Positions 1 through 13,790 of a stretch of DNA of 64,000 nucleotides are shown here, piece after piece. The stretch spans positions 9,796,001 through 9,860,000 of the forward strand of contig OZ024763.1 of NCBI GenBank assembly GCA_964016885.1, given 5' to 3'. Position numbers and translations under genes: made by a program. The notes beneath the pieces are model-generated. The model was not told the DNA's origin, ran no database searches, and worked only from the letters and a program-made list of their open reading frames with translations. The stretch's first letter is position 1, and every line of letters starts with the position of its first letter. Source of the DNA: Eledone cirrhosa (lineage: Eukaryota).

Positions 1-67
1 CGTATATCCTCTGCACACAATGCCCAGGTCTCACTGTATATTATATATATATATATATATATATATT

Positions 68-132
<65 letters not shown>

Positions 133-339
133 ATATATATTATATATATATATATATTAAAATAACAGATTAAAGTTTAAGCAAATAATTGCTGCTTTCA
201 CCCTTAACGGGATCTTCTGAAACTAAAAAAATCAATCTGTGAACGCAGAAGTAAATATTTCGAAAAACGTTACACACTATATATATATATATATACACAC
301 ACACTATATATACATATATACACACACACACACACAGAT

Positions 340-562
340 AGTGTCATAATGCTGTAATGCAGACAGTTATTCTAAGGGCACGACGTGATAGCCATCTAAT
401 GCGGTCCCTAGGGCATTGGAAATTTGAAATATTTTTTGCCCAAAACACTCACTCGACCATAAGTATTACATGTGTAAAGTTTGAAAAAAATCGGTTGGGT
501 GGTTCTCGAGTTTTAGGGAGTCAGACAGACAAACAGACATTCTCTGTTTTAGATATATAGAT
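340..562 (+). mobile_element. Possible Lep1/DINE-like Helitron-type end
   Basis: aagtttgaa...aatcggtt...gagtt...(cagaca)n...tatataga layout recalled for such elements. Confidence 0.35.
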
Positions 563-654
563 AAGCCAGTATTTTGGAAAGTTTAAGACGTTTTTATGTT
601 CCTGTGTTCAACCTTCAAGGTAGGCTTTGAAATTTCATTAAAAATATGTTATCT

Positions 655-870
655 AACCTTTAATCCTTTCATTACTATATTTCTAATGAAAGACACTGTC
701 TATGTCATTAACCCTTTCATTACCATATTTCTAATGAAAGACACTGTCTATGTCATTAACCCTTTCATTACTATATTTCTTATGAAAGACACTGTCTATG
801 TCATTAACCCTTTCATTACTATATTTCTTATGAAAGACACTGTCTATGTCATTAACCCTTTCATTACCAA
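655..870 (+). repeat. 48-bp minisatellite, ~4.5 copies
   Basis: Unit taaccctttcattaccatatttctaatgaaagacactgtctatgtcat. Confidence 0.95.
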
Positions 871-1140
871 TGAGAGAGAAATAATAAAAACTATAAGAGT
901 TTTAATATAACTAACTTTGTTGTTATTCAACTGGTGTTTGGAGCATAACTTAACAAAGGGTCTTACATAAAATTATGATGGAATGTTCTTTAGATAAATA
1001 TAAACACTTTTAAAATAAACAGCTTTGTATCATACAACCAAGAGTTGTTTTAGACAGCTTGTATCAAAAGGATGAATATTGAAATCACACTGCCTTTATG
1101 TCTGCCCAAACTGGGTGTCTTTAGCAGAGTTAATTCTCTT

Positions 1141-1450
1141 CATGTGGCTTAGGGGTTAGGGTGTTCAGCTGACAATCATAAGGTCATGAATACAATTCAA
1201 TGTGATTGTTTTGTGTTCTTAAGCAAGACACTTTATTTCCAGTTGTTCCAGTTCACTCAGTTGGATAAAATGAGTTGTAGCTGTAATTCAAAGTACTTGC
1301 TTGCCTCATTACACACTGTCTCATTCTGAATCTCCATGAGAATTATATTGAGTGTATATGAGTAGAATGCTCAGCTACATGAACATTGATTGCATGATGA
1401 GTAGGTCATTCTGTTGGTCAAACAACTGGAACCAGGCCCTGTTGACAAGG
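1141..1450 (+). mobile_element. Old CORE-type SINE with a different tail
   Basis: tRNA-like head and CORE-like block; tail related to 32300-33090 on the - strand. Confidence 0.6.
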
Positions 1451-1648
1451 AAAGGAGCGGACACATTGTTCACACATCCTTCTTTTCAATGGTTCTCCCT
1501 TAGATTTAGAAAATAAAGTTTATAAAAATGAATGTCCTGAAACTCAACCACAGAAGCTTTCAGCTGCTTTATAGCTGCTCCAGCTTTTCACTTTTACCTT
1601 CTGTTTTCCTTCTTTTTCACTCTCTTGTTTCTGTTTATTAAATGTAAG

Positions 1649-1810
1649 ATTGGCAGTATCGGTAGAGGGTCGGACGCCATGCTTTCCAGCATAGTTACGT
1701 CCCTTTACGATCTGAGTTCAAATCCCTTTCATCCTTACGGGGTCGATAAAATAAAGTACCAGTAATGCACTGGGTGATTGCTGGCCTTGTGCCTAAAGTA
1801 GAAACAATTA
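1649..1810 (+). mobile_element. tRNA-derived SINE family A with 12-bp TSD
   Basis: Box A TGGCAGTATCGG, box B GAGTTCAAATCC, core cctttcatccttacggggtcgataaaataaagtacc (Meta/MESC-like from memory); TSD attaaatgtaag. Confidence 0.85.
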
Positions 1811-2716
1811 AATGTAAGGGCTACCAGTTACCTCCCTTAGTTACCACCATGTAGTGTGCTGCTATGGGCATGTGATATCTGTGTGGGATGTGTGATATCT
1901 TATGAGCAGTGAATGCAGAGGATATGCGAAGGCTCGAGAGAAATGAAATAAACATTCTTCAATGAATGTGTGATATTAATGAGACGTGAATGATGAAGCA
2001 TGGATAAGCTAAGATAAAAGCTAGGTAAAAGAGGAATCAGATGTGTGCATGAGAGAAGACTGTACTGGTATAATCATGTGATGCATATGGATGATGAGAA
2101 CTAAATGAAGAGCTGCCAAAAAATCCAAGTGGAAGGCCACTACTCTAGAAGAGAATGGAGGATCTGGGTAGAAGTTGTGAGAGATAATTATAATCATCCA
2201 AATACAGAACCTCGCAACAATGGAGTGATGATGTGCTACAAAAGACCTATCCAACTCATGCAAACCTGGGAAAAAAGATGTGAAATAATGATGATGATGA
2301 TGATAAAACCTGTCCCCCCCACCCCTTCCATCCCCACATCTACCACTCTCGTATAGTTCATTCGTTGACAGAATATATTGATCTCATTGGAAATCAGGAT
2401 TGTACTGAGAAAGAGAGAGAGAGATATAGGAGAGGGGAAAGAGAGAGAGAGAAGAGGAAGAGAAGAGAGGGTTGATAGTGAGGGGGTGAAAGGGAGAGAG
2501 AGGGCATGACAATGAAATATTAAGAGAGTAACAGTGAGAGAGAGTGTGTGAGAGGATAAGAGAGAGTGAGAGAGGAAGATTGAGAGTGATAGTGTGAGGA
2601 TGAATGAGAGAGAAATAATAAAAACTATAATTCCTTCCCCCTTCTCTCTATATATTAAAAACCACTCATATATAATACATATGTAATATATATATATAAA
2701 TATATACACACACATA

Positions 2717-2784
<68 letters not shown>

Positions 2785-3054
2785 GTATATTTATAACACA
2801 CACACACACACATAGATATATATGTATATATATAGAGAAAGAGACAGCGGGAGAGAGAAGGACATATATACATACATATGTATATATATATATGTGTACA
2901 TATGTATACATATATATATATATATAAGCAGTTTCACAGGTGCAGTTTTTGTTTCCTTTTTCCAATCCAACTACTGGGAAATATAAGTATATTATAACAA
3001 CAAATATATCAACACAGTCAACAAGCAGTGCCAGATGTCAGGCAAACAAGACAT

Positions 3055-3260
3055 TTACCTGCATATACACCTGTATATTAATATATACCTTAAATCACCA
3101 AGCCTGGGATTTTAATAACACTACCTGTATATTAATATACACCTTAGGTAACTAGGGACTTTAATAATATCTACCTGTATATTATTATACACCTTAGATG
3201 ACCAAGCCAGGGACTTTGATTACATTTACCTGTCTATCTACCTGTATATTGTTATATATA
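3055..3260 (+). repeat. Degenerate minisatellite (acctgtatattaatatacacct...gggacttt)
   Basis: Motif recurs about four times. Confidence 0.7.
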
Positions 3261-3456
3261 TTAGAATCATTCATATACCTCAGTGTTGGTGGTGACAGTT
3301 TTGGTATTGGAGTTGTTGGTGACAATGGTGGTGGTGGGCAAGTCTTGTATCCACCTTTGGCCTGAGGAAAAGAAAGAAAAAAGAAAAAGAAAATAAGAAT
3401 GAGAAAGAAAACAAGAGCAGGCATTTCTAAGGATAAGGATTTTTACTAATTACTGA

Positions 3457-3487
<31 letters not shown>

Positions 3488-3730
3488 TTTATATATATTC
3501 ATATAGAGAGGGATATATATATTTGTACAGACTTACATATACACACCAACACACAGATATATAAATGACAGGAACTGTAGAGACAATTTACTATATTTGA
3601 TATGATTAGGTAGAACAGCTACTTAAAAGTTTCTCCTTTATGGACAGTCCACTGTGGCTCTATAAAGGTGAAACTTATAAGTAACTGCAGAACATGATAT
3701 AGAATATAAAATAATATATATACATACATA

Positions 3731-3812
<82 letters not shown>

Positions 3813-3884
3813 CACATTCAGAAGATCCGGTTAAGGGTGAAAGCAGCGATTCTTTGCTTAAACTTTAATCTGTTATTTTAATAA

Positions 3885-3951
<67 letters not shown>

Positions 3952-3960
3952 TATATATAT

Positions 3961-4005
<45 letters not shown>

Positions 4006-4098
4006 TAGCCCCCCCCCCCCACATATATATAGGTTTGTGTATGTGTAGATTTACCAAAAAGTTGGTATATTATTTGATCAACCAATTTTCATTAATTG

Positions 4099-4147
<49 letters not shown>

Positions 4148-4406
4148 ATTCACATTTTAATAGAAAAAGGTAGGATTGTTAAATGTTACAGCTGAAATGT
4201 TTGATCTGATAATAGGGTCTGCTGCTTTAGGGCTGACCCAGGGCTAAAAGGCTACAGCAATGACAACAGCTGCTATGTTGCCTAAAATAACATATCAATA
4301 TAAACAAATATACAACACTGTTAAGAAAAAATATATACCAATATGTATATATATACATCCATAGAGGTATCTACATGTATATATACATGCATGCATATAT
4401 ATGTAC

Positions 4407-4438
<32 letters not shown>

Positions 4439-4654
4439 GTATCTTACACAGATCTAAGGGCAGCACTTTGTAAAAGGTGTGTATATTTCATTCCACTTTT
4501 CATGATAACAAGGTGATAACGGGGATCACTTCTTTAAAAATAACATTTTCCCTTATTCCCATTTAGATTGAAATTATATATATATCTGTCTCTCTCTTTC
4601 TTCTTGTATACACATACAAATACACATATACATATATTTATATACAGGCGCACG

Positions 4655-4696
<42 letters not shown>

Positions 4697-5354
4697 CTCA
4701 CACACATACATAGGTATTCACACAAACACACACATAATATATATATCTATATATAAAGAGGGATAGACAGATAGTCATAGATAGATGAAAAAATAAATAT
4801 ACATATACATACATATATACATATCCACACACATGAATACATATATACACATGCAAACACATAGATAAATGCATAGATTACATACATACACACACATGCA
4901 TGTTTATGTGTACCTTCAATATGTGTATCCAGAATTACCTCCATTTAATACCAGAAATTTAGTAATTAAGTTGAGACTTTCTATATTCTGAGTTCAAGTC
5001 GTGCAGAGGTCAACTTTGCTTTACATCCTCCTTGAGTCAGTAAAATATAGTACCAGCTATATGCTGAGGCTGACGTAATCAACTTTCCCTACTTCCTTCT
5101 AATTGTTGGCCCTCTGCCTAAATAAGAAATCATTATTTTTAGTAATGCACTGGGTAATTGCTGGCCTTGTGCCTAAAGTAGAAACAATTATTTTACTGTA
5201 GGGTGTTGGATTGGCAGAGTTGGTAGAGCATCAGACAACCATTGCTCTATTTGTGTCGGTTCTTTACATCCTCAGTTCAAATCCAAACATATTATTATTA
5301 TCATTATTCCCCCAAAGATTGGAAAGAAATTTTAAGCACAGTTAATAAGCACCA

Positions 5355-5561
5355 ATGACCCCGTCTTCTCCGACAAGACGTAAAAAGTCTCTAAATCACA
5401 TTGGATTACACAATGGTCAAGGCCCCCAGCAGCTGAACCATGGTTTTCAGCCGGATGACCAGTGCAATGATGATGGGAATTGCATTGCCAGTCTTGATAA
5501 GGATGGAATCAAACTCCAGGCAAGCATTTCTCATCATGTCAAACCTAGGAGACATAGAATC
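5355..5561 (+). CDS. Candidate first coding exon of the anoctamin gene (MTPSSPTRRKK...HRI)
   Basis: ATG with in-frame upstream TAA. 69 codons of non-repetitive sequence ending at ATC|GTAAGT, phase 0, compatible with the phase-0 exon at 27769. No recognisable homology, so linkage is inferred. Confidence 0.45.
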
Positions 5562-5689
5562 GTAAGTTACACACTTTACACATATATCTATCTGTTTATA
5601 TATTTATAAACATGGGAAAACTATGTATGCAGTAGATGTACAGGAAAATTAGATAGTAGAAGTCACATTGATAGACACATTTTTCAAAT

Positions 5690-6340
5690 ACAGGTGGGTT
5701 CTATAGAAGTGGTTGATAGCTTCTGGTACCTAGGTGTTCAGATTAGCATGGAAGGGGTGGGGGGTTCCGAGGCCATAGTATCTAGAATAAGGACGGGCTG
5801 GAAGAAGTTTAGGGAGCTGCTTCCTCTCTGTTGACAAAGAAGGGTTTCTCCTTGCGTACGAAAGGCCGGTTATATGATGCCTGTGTGAGGAGCGCGATGC
5901 TGCATGGTAGTGAGACATGAGCAGCAACTGCAGAGGATATGCAATGGCTGGAAAAAAATGAAGCAAGCATGCTCCGTTGGATGTGCAATGTCAATGTGCG
6001 TGAATGACCAAGCATAGACGAGTTGAGAGAGAAACTGGGTATAAGAGGGATAAGTTGTGGTGTGCAGGAGAGAAGACTGAGGTGGTATGGACATGTGATG
6101 CGCATGGAGGATGACCGCTGGGTAAAGAAGTGCCAAAAAATCCCAGTAGAAGGAAAACGCAGTAGAGGTAGACCACAAAAAACATGGGCGGAGGTGGTGA
6201 GAGCAGACCTCAGATCACTGAAGTTCACAGAGGAGATAACGAAGGACAGTGACAAGTGGAGAGATGCTGTGCTGAATAGGACCTGTCCAACCCTTGCAAG
6301 GGAAAAGCGAACGTAAAATGATGATGATGATGATGATGAC
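5690..6340 (+). mobile_element. RTE LINE 3' fragment, second subfamily with short 3' UTR
   Basis: RLRWYGHV...GRPQKTW; (GAT)n tail directly after the stop. Confidence 0.85.
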
Positions 6341-6612
6341 ATACAAGAGTAAATGTATGAGTAACTTTGGAGAAATAGTTTATTTACAGGGACGGAATGA
6401 CTGAAATAGGAAATGTACTATGTGTTTATTGTTGTCTATTTATGAGTGTGCGTGTATATATATCTATATATGTATACATATATGTGTATAATATATATGT
6501 GTATAATATATATATATATATACTTAAATATGCATACATATATATATAGATATATATATATACTTAAATATGCATACATATATATATAGATATATATGTA
6601 TACATATATGTG

Positions 6613-6650
<38 letters not shown>

Positions 6651-6654
<4 letters not shown>

Positions 6655-6878
6655 AAATTAAAAGATGGTTAAAAAAGTTCCATATATTTTATTATTCGCA
6701 TTTCAAAAACAACATCATCATGGGACAAAAATTATGTTCTCATCAGATAAAATAAGGTAACATGATATGAGGCCTAAAAACACTGTGAATAAGAAAGTGT
6801 CCAGACAACATATATGAGTGCTACTTATCTGATATATGCATAGTTTTATTGTTTCTACAATATTACTCACCTACATTA
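6651..6878 (-). ncRNA. Relative of the 49963 element with hammerhead motif on - strand (6686-6753)
   Basis: Clear similarity to 49971-50105. Minus strand AUUUUAU-CUGAUGA...GAAA-UGCGAA-UA-AUAAAAU; follows (TA)n. Confidence 0.6.
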
Positions 6879-6879
6879 T

Positions 6880-7303
6880 ATCATCATCATCATCATCACC
6901 GTTTTACGTCCGTTTTTCCATGCTAGCATGGGTTAGACGGGTTGTCCTGTTGTGGGCAGTGTCTGGTCGGCTGACCATGCCTTGCTCATACAGGAACTGA
7001 TTTGGCTTGATTTCTACAGCTGGATGCCCTTCCTAACACCAACCTCATTTACAGTGAGTGCTGGGTGCTTTTTTGTGGCGCCTACACGTCCACTTTACAG
7101 TGTGGGCTGGGTGCTTTTTTGCCGTGGCACCTCCACGACCACCTTGCGGTGGGGGGTGTGGGGGCATATTGTCTATATGCTTCAGCTTGTACCCATGGGA
7201 GGTCGGGTACTCTGTATTACTGTGTGACGCCAGAAGTCACGGTCGTGTGTCATTGCCTTTGAGAGGTGTAATTGGGTAAGGTCGACTTTTATCACCTCAT
7301 CCC
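6880..7303 (-). mobile_element. RTE LINE 3' UTR fragment
   Basis: Reverse complement of ~21660-22085. Confidence 0.88.
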
Positions 7304-7382
7304 ATATTATATATATATAGTTCTCTTAATATATATCCTTCTCCTAATGCTTACCTGTGTTTTCTCATATATATATATATAC

Positions 7383-9050
7383 ATGATGGCTGCCCCCTCA
7401 TTATCGAGTATGGCCATTGCACGAGAAAAACAAAAAAACCCATAATAATAACAATAATAATATATATATATATATACACACACGCAAACACATAAACATA
7501 TCTACACACACGATAGCAATTAACAGTGCTGCAATCGAATGTGTCTTTTTAGCCCAGCCAATGATCTAAAATGTCTTGCACAGAGTTGGCACCCAAAACA
7601 TTCACTGGGAATAGCTGGCTGTGGTTGGAGTTCATGTACGTTTGCATGTCGCTTGAGCCCTCCTGCTGATTTACATTCTCTACCACATGCTTGGCAAGCA
7701 TGGTGAGTAGCATCTCCAACAGCAGCCTGGTAGTCAACCACTGGTCTCACTTTATTACTGCAAAGATGATTTCGAGTCCAGCTTTGCTTAGACAGAGTCT
7801 CGCACAGACGCTGCATGTCAGCGCCATAGGAGGACCTTCGCAGTCTGGAAATGCAACAGCAATGCCCTTCCTCACATCCCGCTTTACTTTCTCGTATGCA
7901 ATTCGAGATGCCTCAAAGACAACTTTCTGCTCGTATACAGTCTTTCTTCATTTATTACGATCAGCAGCAACATTTTCCCATGTATCAGCAGAGATGTTAG
8001 CGTCTTTCAAAGAGTTTTACAAGGAATCCTTATACCTCTTTTTTGGTTTATGTAGCGGTCATTTTCCTTTAACTAACTCTCCATAAAAGAGTTGTTTTGG
8101 TATTCTAGAATCCTTCATCCTGGCAAGGTGACCACTCCAACGGAGTTTTTGCTTAAGCACAAGAGCTTCTATTATGTCACACAGAGAGCTTTCCAAAATC
8201 TCGACATCACTGATGTGGTCCCTCCAGTGAACGCCATGGATCCGTCTGAGACACATCTGATGGAAATGCTCCAATTGCTTAAGGTGGTGTTGATATATGA
8301 CCCAGATCTCGCAGGCATAAAGAAGAGAAAAGAGCACACATGCCTTGTACACCTTTACCTTTGTCTTCTTGCATATGTCTTGCCGAACCCAGAGTCGCCT
8401 TTCTAGCTTTCCGAAAGCATCACTTGCTTTCCTAATCCTGAATGGGATTTCATTATCAAGGCTGCTGTATCGATTGACAGTGCTTCCCAGGTAGACAAAC
8501 ACCATGCTCGCAATTCCTGAATGCAATATAGAAAACCATTGCAAAGTATATGGCAAACAGGGTCAGTGCTGGAATATCCCCCTGTTTCACTCCATTTTTT
8601 ACTGAGATAGGCTCCGACATGTTACCTCTGACATTAACCCAAGCCTTCATGTCGTCATGGAAAGACCTAACTAAAGCAAGGAACTTATCAGGGCAACCAA
8701 GTTTCTAGAGAACCTTCCACAATGTATTTCTGTTAACAATATTGAAAGCTTTTGTCAGATTGACAAAAACCTGATACAGATCCAAACCTTGTTCCATGCA
8801 CTTCTCCTGGAGCTGTCTAGCTGAGAAGATCATATCAGTAGAGCCGCGTCCAACACGAAAACCAGATTGACTTTAAGGAAGAATACAATCTGCAATGTGT
8901 GTCAGCAGACAGTCCAGAAGCACCCTACATAAAACTTTCACTACAACAGAAAGCAATGATATACTTCTGTAGTTTCCACAATCATTCCTGTTACCCTTCA
9001 CCTTGTACAAGACCACCATTATTGCATCTCTCCAGTCCTTGGCAAGCTAA
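7383..9050 (-). mobile_element. RTE (BovB-like) LINE 3' part with two C-terminal C2H2 zinc fingers
   Basis: NGVKQG, YLGS, LRWSGH..RM...RIPKQLFYGEL, CQACGRECKSAGGLKRH, CQLCARHFRSLAGLKRH. Confidence 0.85.
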
Positions 9051-9222
9051 TTAGAACACTGGATTAACCACTTTACTTCCCTCCGAACAAGAGATATTAT
9101 CTCTAAAATTAAGGATATTTAAATAAATTTAAGGTAAAAGACTAATTGTCAACAATATCTTTTGCATTTGTATTTATATTCTATATCCATACCTGCATTG
9201 TTCTGGCCTTACAACTCCAAAT

Positions 9223-9253
<31 letters not shown>

Positions 9254-9521
9254 GGCATAGGTAAAAATTCCATCCTCTGTCCCTATGGGTGCACAAGAGA
9301 TGTAGTGGGATCTCAGGCAGGTTAGCAAAGGATGCAGATTTAACATGTGGCCATTGCACAGGGGAAGTAAACAGCAAACGACCACAGGAAACAAGCTGTA
9401 TCACACCACATTTCTTGGAGAGTTCCGTAAAAGCAGTAGACAGCTTCTGCTACCTGGGTGACCAGATCAGCAGTGGAGGTGGGGTGTTCAGAAAGTATGG
9501 GAGCCAAAGTGAGAAAGTGAG
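9254..9521 (+). mobile_element. RTE LINE fragment (Cys-rich region)
   Basis: WVHKRCSGISG...DSFCYLGDQISSGGG. Confidence 0.75.
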
Positions 9522-10120
9522 AACATCTAACACACCACATCTAACACACTACATCTAACACACCACACCACATCTAACACACTACATCTAACACACCACA
9601 TCTAACACACTATATCTAACACCACATCTAACACACTACATCTAACACACCACACCACATCTAACACACTACATCTAACACACCACACCACATCTAACAC
9701 ACTACATCTAACACACTACATCACATCTAACACACTATATCTAACACACTACATCTAACAAAACCACATCTAAAACACTACATCACATCTAACACACCGC
9801 ACCACATCTAACACACCATATCTAGCACACCACATCTAAAACACTACACCACATCAAACACACCACATCTAACACACCACATCTAACACACTACACCACA
9901 TCTAACACACTATATCTAACACACCACATCTAACACAGCACATCTAACACACCACATCTAACACACTACATCTAACACACTATATCTAACACACCACATC
10001 TAACACACCACATCTAACACACTACATCTAACACACTATATCTAACACACTACATCACATCTAACACACTACATCACATTACATCTAACACACTACATCT
10101 AAAACACTACACACACTACA
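9522..10120 (+). repeat. 14-bp minisatellite acatctaacacac(t/c) with 5-bp insertions
   Basis: Direct reading. Confidence 0.92.
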
Positions 10121-10390
10121 TAATCACTTCCCTGATAATATAAAAGCTTTCACAACTGATAATGGCACCAAAACAATAGAAGTGATAAGAAACGCCCCAA
10201 CAATTAAATGGAAACTTTGATGACTGGCACCTCTCCCCCGTCCCTGCCCTCCTCCCATCTCTCACCAAAAGTCAATATTACACAAAAGTGCACCTAGTTT
10301 TGCTGTGAATAACTCACATGTAAACTAACTACTGAAAATACACATCATTGTGAAGACAACAACAGCAACAACAATAATCATTATCTGTTA

Positions 10391-10893
10391 TTGACTTTGC
10401 CTTTCATCCTTACGGGGTCGATAAAATAAAGTACCAGTAATGCACTGGATAATTGCTGGCCTTGTGCCTAAAGTAGAAACAATTATTTACCATTATATGG
10501 TAGGCGATGAATTGGCAGTATCAGTAGAGGAGGGTCGGACGCCATGCTTTGACACATAGAATTACGGCCCTTGCCATTCTGAGTTCAAATCCCGCCGAGG
10601 TTGACTTTGCCTTTCATCCTTACGGGGTCGATAAAATAAAGTACCAGTAATGCACTGGGATAATTGCTGGCCTTGTGCCAAAAAGTAGAAACAATTATAT
10701 AAGGGCGGTGGATTGGCAGTATTGGTAGAGGGTCGGACGTCATGCTTCGCACATAGAGTTATGACCCTTTACGTTCTGAGTTCAAATCTCGCCGAGGTTT
10801 ACTTTGCCTTTCATCTTTATGGGGTCGATGAAATAAAGTACCAGTAATGCACTGGTGTAATTGCTGGCCTTGTTCCAAAAGTAGAAACAATTA
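10391..10893 (+). mobile_element. Three head-to-tail SINE A copies
   Basis: Truncated copy 10391-10487, full copies ~10503-10697 and ~10702-10893. Confidence 0.85.
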
Positions 10894-12104
10894 TTGTGTA
10901 TATCATATATACATTAGATCTTGAAAATATTCAAGATTTTGGAGGAATTTAGCAATATAAGTAACTCTCTTGTTACCAAGTTAGTGTTTGGAACATAACT
11001 TAACAAAGATTCTTACATAAAATTATGATGGCCACATATAACTGACTTAGAATAGGTACTCTGTATCACTGTGTGTCATAAGAAGTGACTAAAAGAGTTG
11101 TTGTCAGGAAGGGTATCAGGTTATAAAGCATTGCCTCACAAACTCCCATCCAACCCATGCCAAAATGGAAAAGTCGATGTAAAAATGATGATGATGATAA
11201 TGATGATAGACAATGTAAAACCATCTTGTATGGTAGAATGAGAGGTATCAACAGCATTAACTGTTTGAACTGTACGACGTGGAGGTTTCACTTTATTTTA
11301 AAAGGTTCTTCAGTGTAGTCTCACTGAAGTATTAACAAACAACTCATCAAGTTAAATTGTAAACTTGTTGATATTGAGTAAAACAACTAGTAACTGATTT
11401 TTTTTACCTTGTACGCCATCTGTGTGATAATCAAACAGTTATGTAAATGAAACAATACAAAGAGTACAATATACTAGGTTAATAAACAGCTAAATACAAA
11501 CACGTGCTTATTAATAATTATGCAAAAGCAGCTGTTTTCATTATAATCATTAATTAGTTTTTCACCTAAATAACAATCACAGAGGTGGCATAAAATATAA
11601 AATTAATAATCTATGAGTATATCTCTTGCTTATTGATTTTCATACTAAAATGTTTGTCGAGGACACAAAAGAGGCTATACTTCACTGAAGAACTTTCAAA
11701 AACATGTGAAGCACCTCACGCGCTGTGTTGTGTATCAGCTAAATGGGGAAGGTAGTAGTATCAGTAATATTATTTTACCATATATCAGAATATATGACAA
11801 GCCTATAAATATTTCCTATGTCAATGTCTTTTAATAGCACAAAAATGATGGGGTTTACAATAAGAAATATGTAATTTAATAATTCCTTAAATACAATGTT
11901 CTACGTAAAGATACTTGAACCCTTCGTTTTCCTTCATCTTCTCCCTTTTCTAGCACTGACAATAAACATATTTCATTTTATATTCATTTAAATCAATTAT
12001 AATAATTTTTTTCCACATTTTCCTTAATTATTATCAAACATATATCCACTAAATTATGCTGACTTTCTTCTATTTATCTGTCTGTTTATCTATCTATCTA
12101 TCTA

Positions 12105-13790
12105 CCCTTCAAACGGAGGGCTGGGGATGCCGTGGCTGACGATGCGCAAACACGCGCTCAGGCTGCGGCACCTCCACGTATTCCTCACCAGACAACCGGT
12201 GTGGGCCCCGTCAGTGAGGCAAGCCTTCCCACGACTCGTCTCGCTGACTGAGCTGCAGTCCTGGGTCAAGCAAAGACCGAGGAAAATGGGCGACTGGCAC
12301 ATCGAATGTGCTCAGGCGCTCACAGTCCTCTGCCAAACGGACCCGGCGATCAGTGGAGACTCCACTTTGACATTCTATAGAGGGTTGGTCCGCAGCAAGT
12401 GTGACGACACGCTTGGAGAAACTCTGTATCGTTGTTTGTTTTTTTGTTGTGTTGTTTTGGTTTGTTGTTCATTTTGTAGTTTTCTTTTTATGGTGAGCAT
12501 TTGTGTTTGGGGTGGTGTTGGTGTTTGTTTTGCTGGTAGGGGGGAGAGTTGATTGTGGTGGTGTTTGTGTTGGTGGTTGTGTGTTTGTGTTGGTGATTGG
12601 TGTTTTTTTGGCTTTGCGGTGTCTCTTTTTTTGTTTTTTTTATTTACGAGGCTCTCCTTCATCTTCACTTGGGGATGGAGAAGTAGCCTCGTCTGACGAT
12701 GAATCGTCATCAGGGGCGTGTGGGAGGGTTATGTTGTGTTGTGATGGTGTGTTAGTGGTAGTGTTGGATGGAGTGGGATGGGGTGGGACTGTTTTTCAGG
12801 GGAATTGTTTGTATTTTTTGTTGTGTGTGGTTGAGCAGTTGTTTGTTTTTGTGTGTTTGTTTGTTTTGTGTGTTGTTGTTTTGTAGTTGGTAAAAGTACT
12901 TTTTTTTTTGGGGGGGGGGGTCATAAGAGGGGACAGGAGGCCTTTAAATGCGATGTGCTTGCGCATTTAAAACAATGTGGCCTCCACCCTTCTGCCGAAA
13001 TCTGTATATAGTTTGTATTATCTACTGGCACTCTTTCTGGTATCTTGGAAATTCTGTCCGGTTTCATTTGGACCAAAATTTCCAAGCTTGTGCCATTCCA
13101 GGTGTTTCTTGTGGATTTTTGAATCGACAGTATTGTGTCTTCATCCTCCTCCAAGAACCCTGCCACAATCCACCAGATGTTAATGTTGGGTGGTATATTG
13201 GTGATGTTTATTCTTTGTGTTCTTTTTCCCCATGTATGTAGGGGAAAAGGTGTGTGTGGCAGAGGTGACCGGGGTCACTGAGTATTTTTTCACAAGGGCC
13301 TCACTTTTGAAGAGCACCGAAATGCTTCCATATAGTTTAACCCTTTGTATGAATTGTATGTCTGGCATCGGCTCTTTCAAGACGATTTCAATTTCGCCTT
13401 GAGTAAGGAAAGCCGTTTTTATTTTGTTTGTTCAAAATCGTGCGAAAATCACAGTCCTTCGCATTGTGTCGGCTTTGATTTGTGGCGGAGAGGTGATTTT
13501 AAATCCCCCTTTTTCCTTGAAGGTAATATATTTTTTTCCTTCCTTGATCATTTCCTTCGCATTGGAAATATCAATATTTGTAAAACTTCCTTTGCTTATT
13601 GTGACAAAGGATTTTTATGGTTGCTGTTGTTGTTGTTTTTGTTGTTGTCGTTGTTGTTGTTTTTGTTGTTCTCAATTGCTTGATTTGTGGTTGTGGAGTT
13701 CATTTGTGAAGTTGTGTTTTTTTTCTTGTTCAATATTTTTTTTGTGCCGTTTGTGTTTCCATAATTTTGTTTTCATGTGATTTTTCTCGG
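12105..13790. mobile_element. L1/Tx1-like pieces: ORF2 post-RT fragment (+, to ~12425) and gag-like ORF1 (-)
   Basis: GGLGMP motif on +; CCHC knuckle CFKCASTSHLKASC on -. Confidence 0.6.

Noticed and set aside
1504-1574. Possible last exon of an upstream gene (LENKVYKNECPETQPQKLSAAL-stop)
   Set aside because: Only an acceptor-like site and a short frame; no homology to support it.
7520-7816. Host C2H2 zinc-finger gene
   Set aside because: Contiguous with RTE RT fragments and its 3' terminus; part of the LINE.
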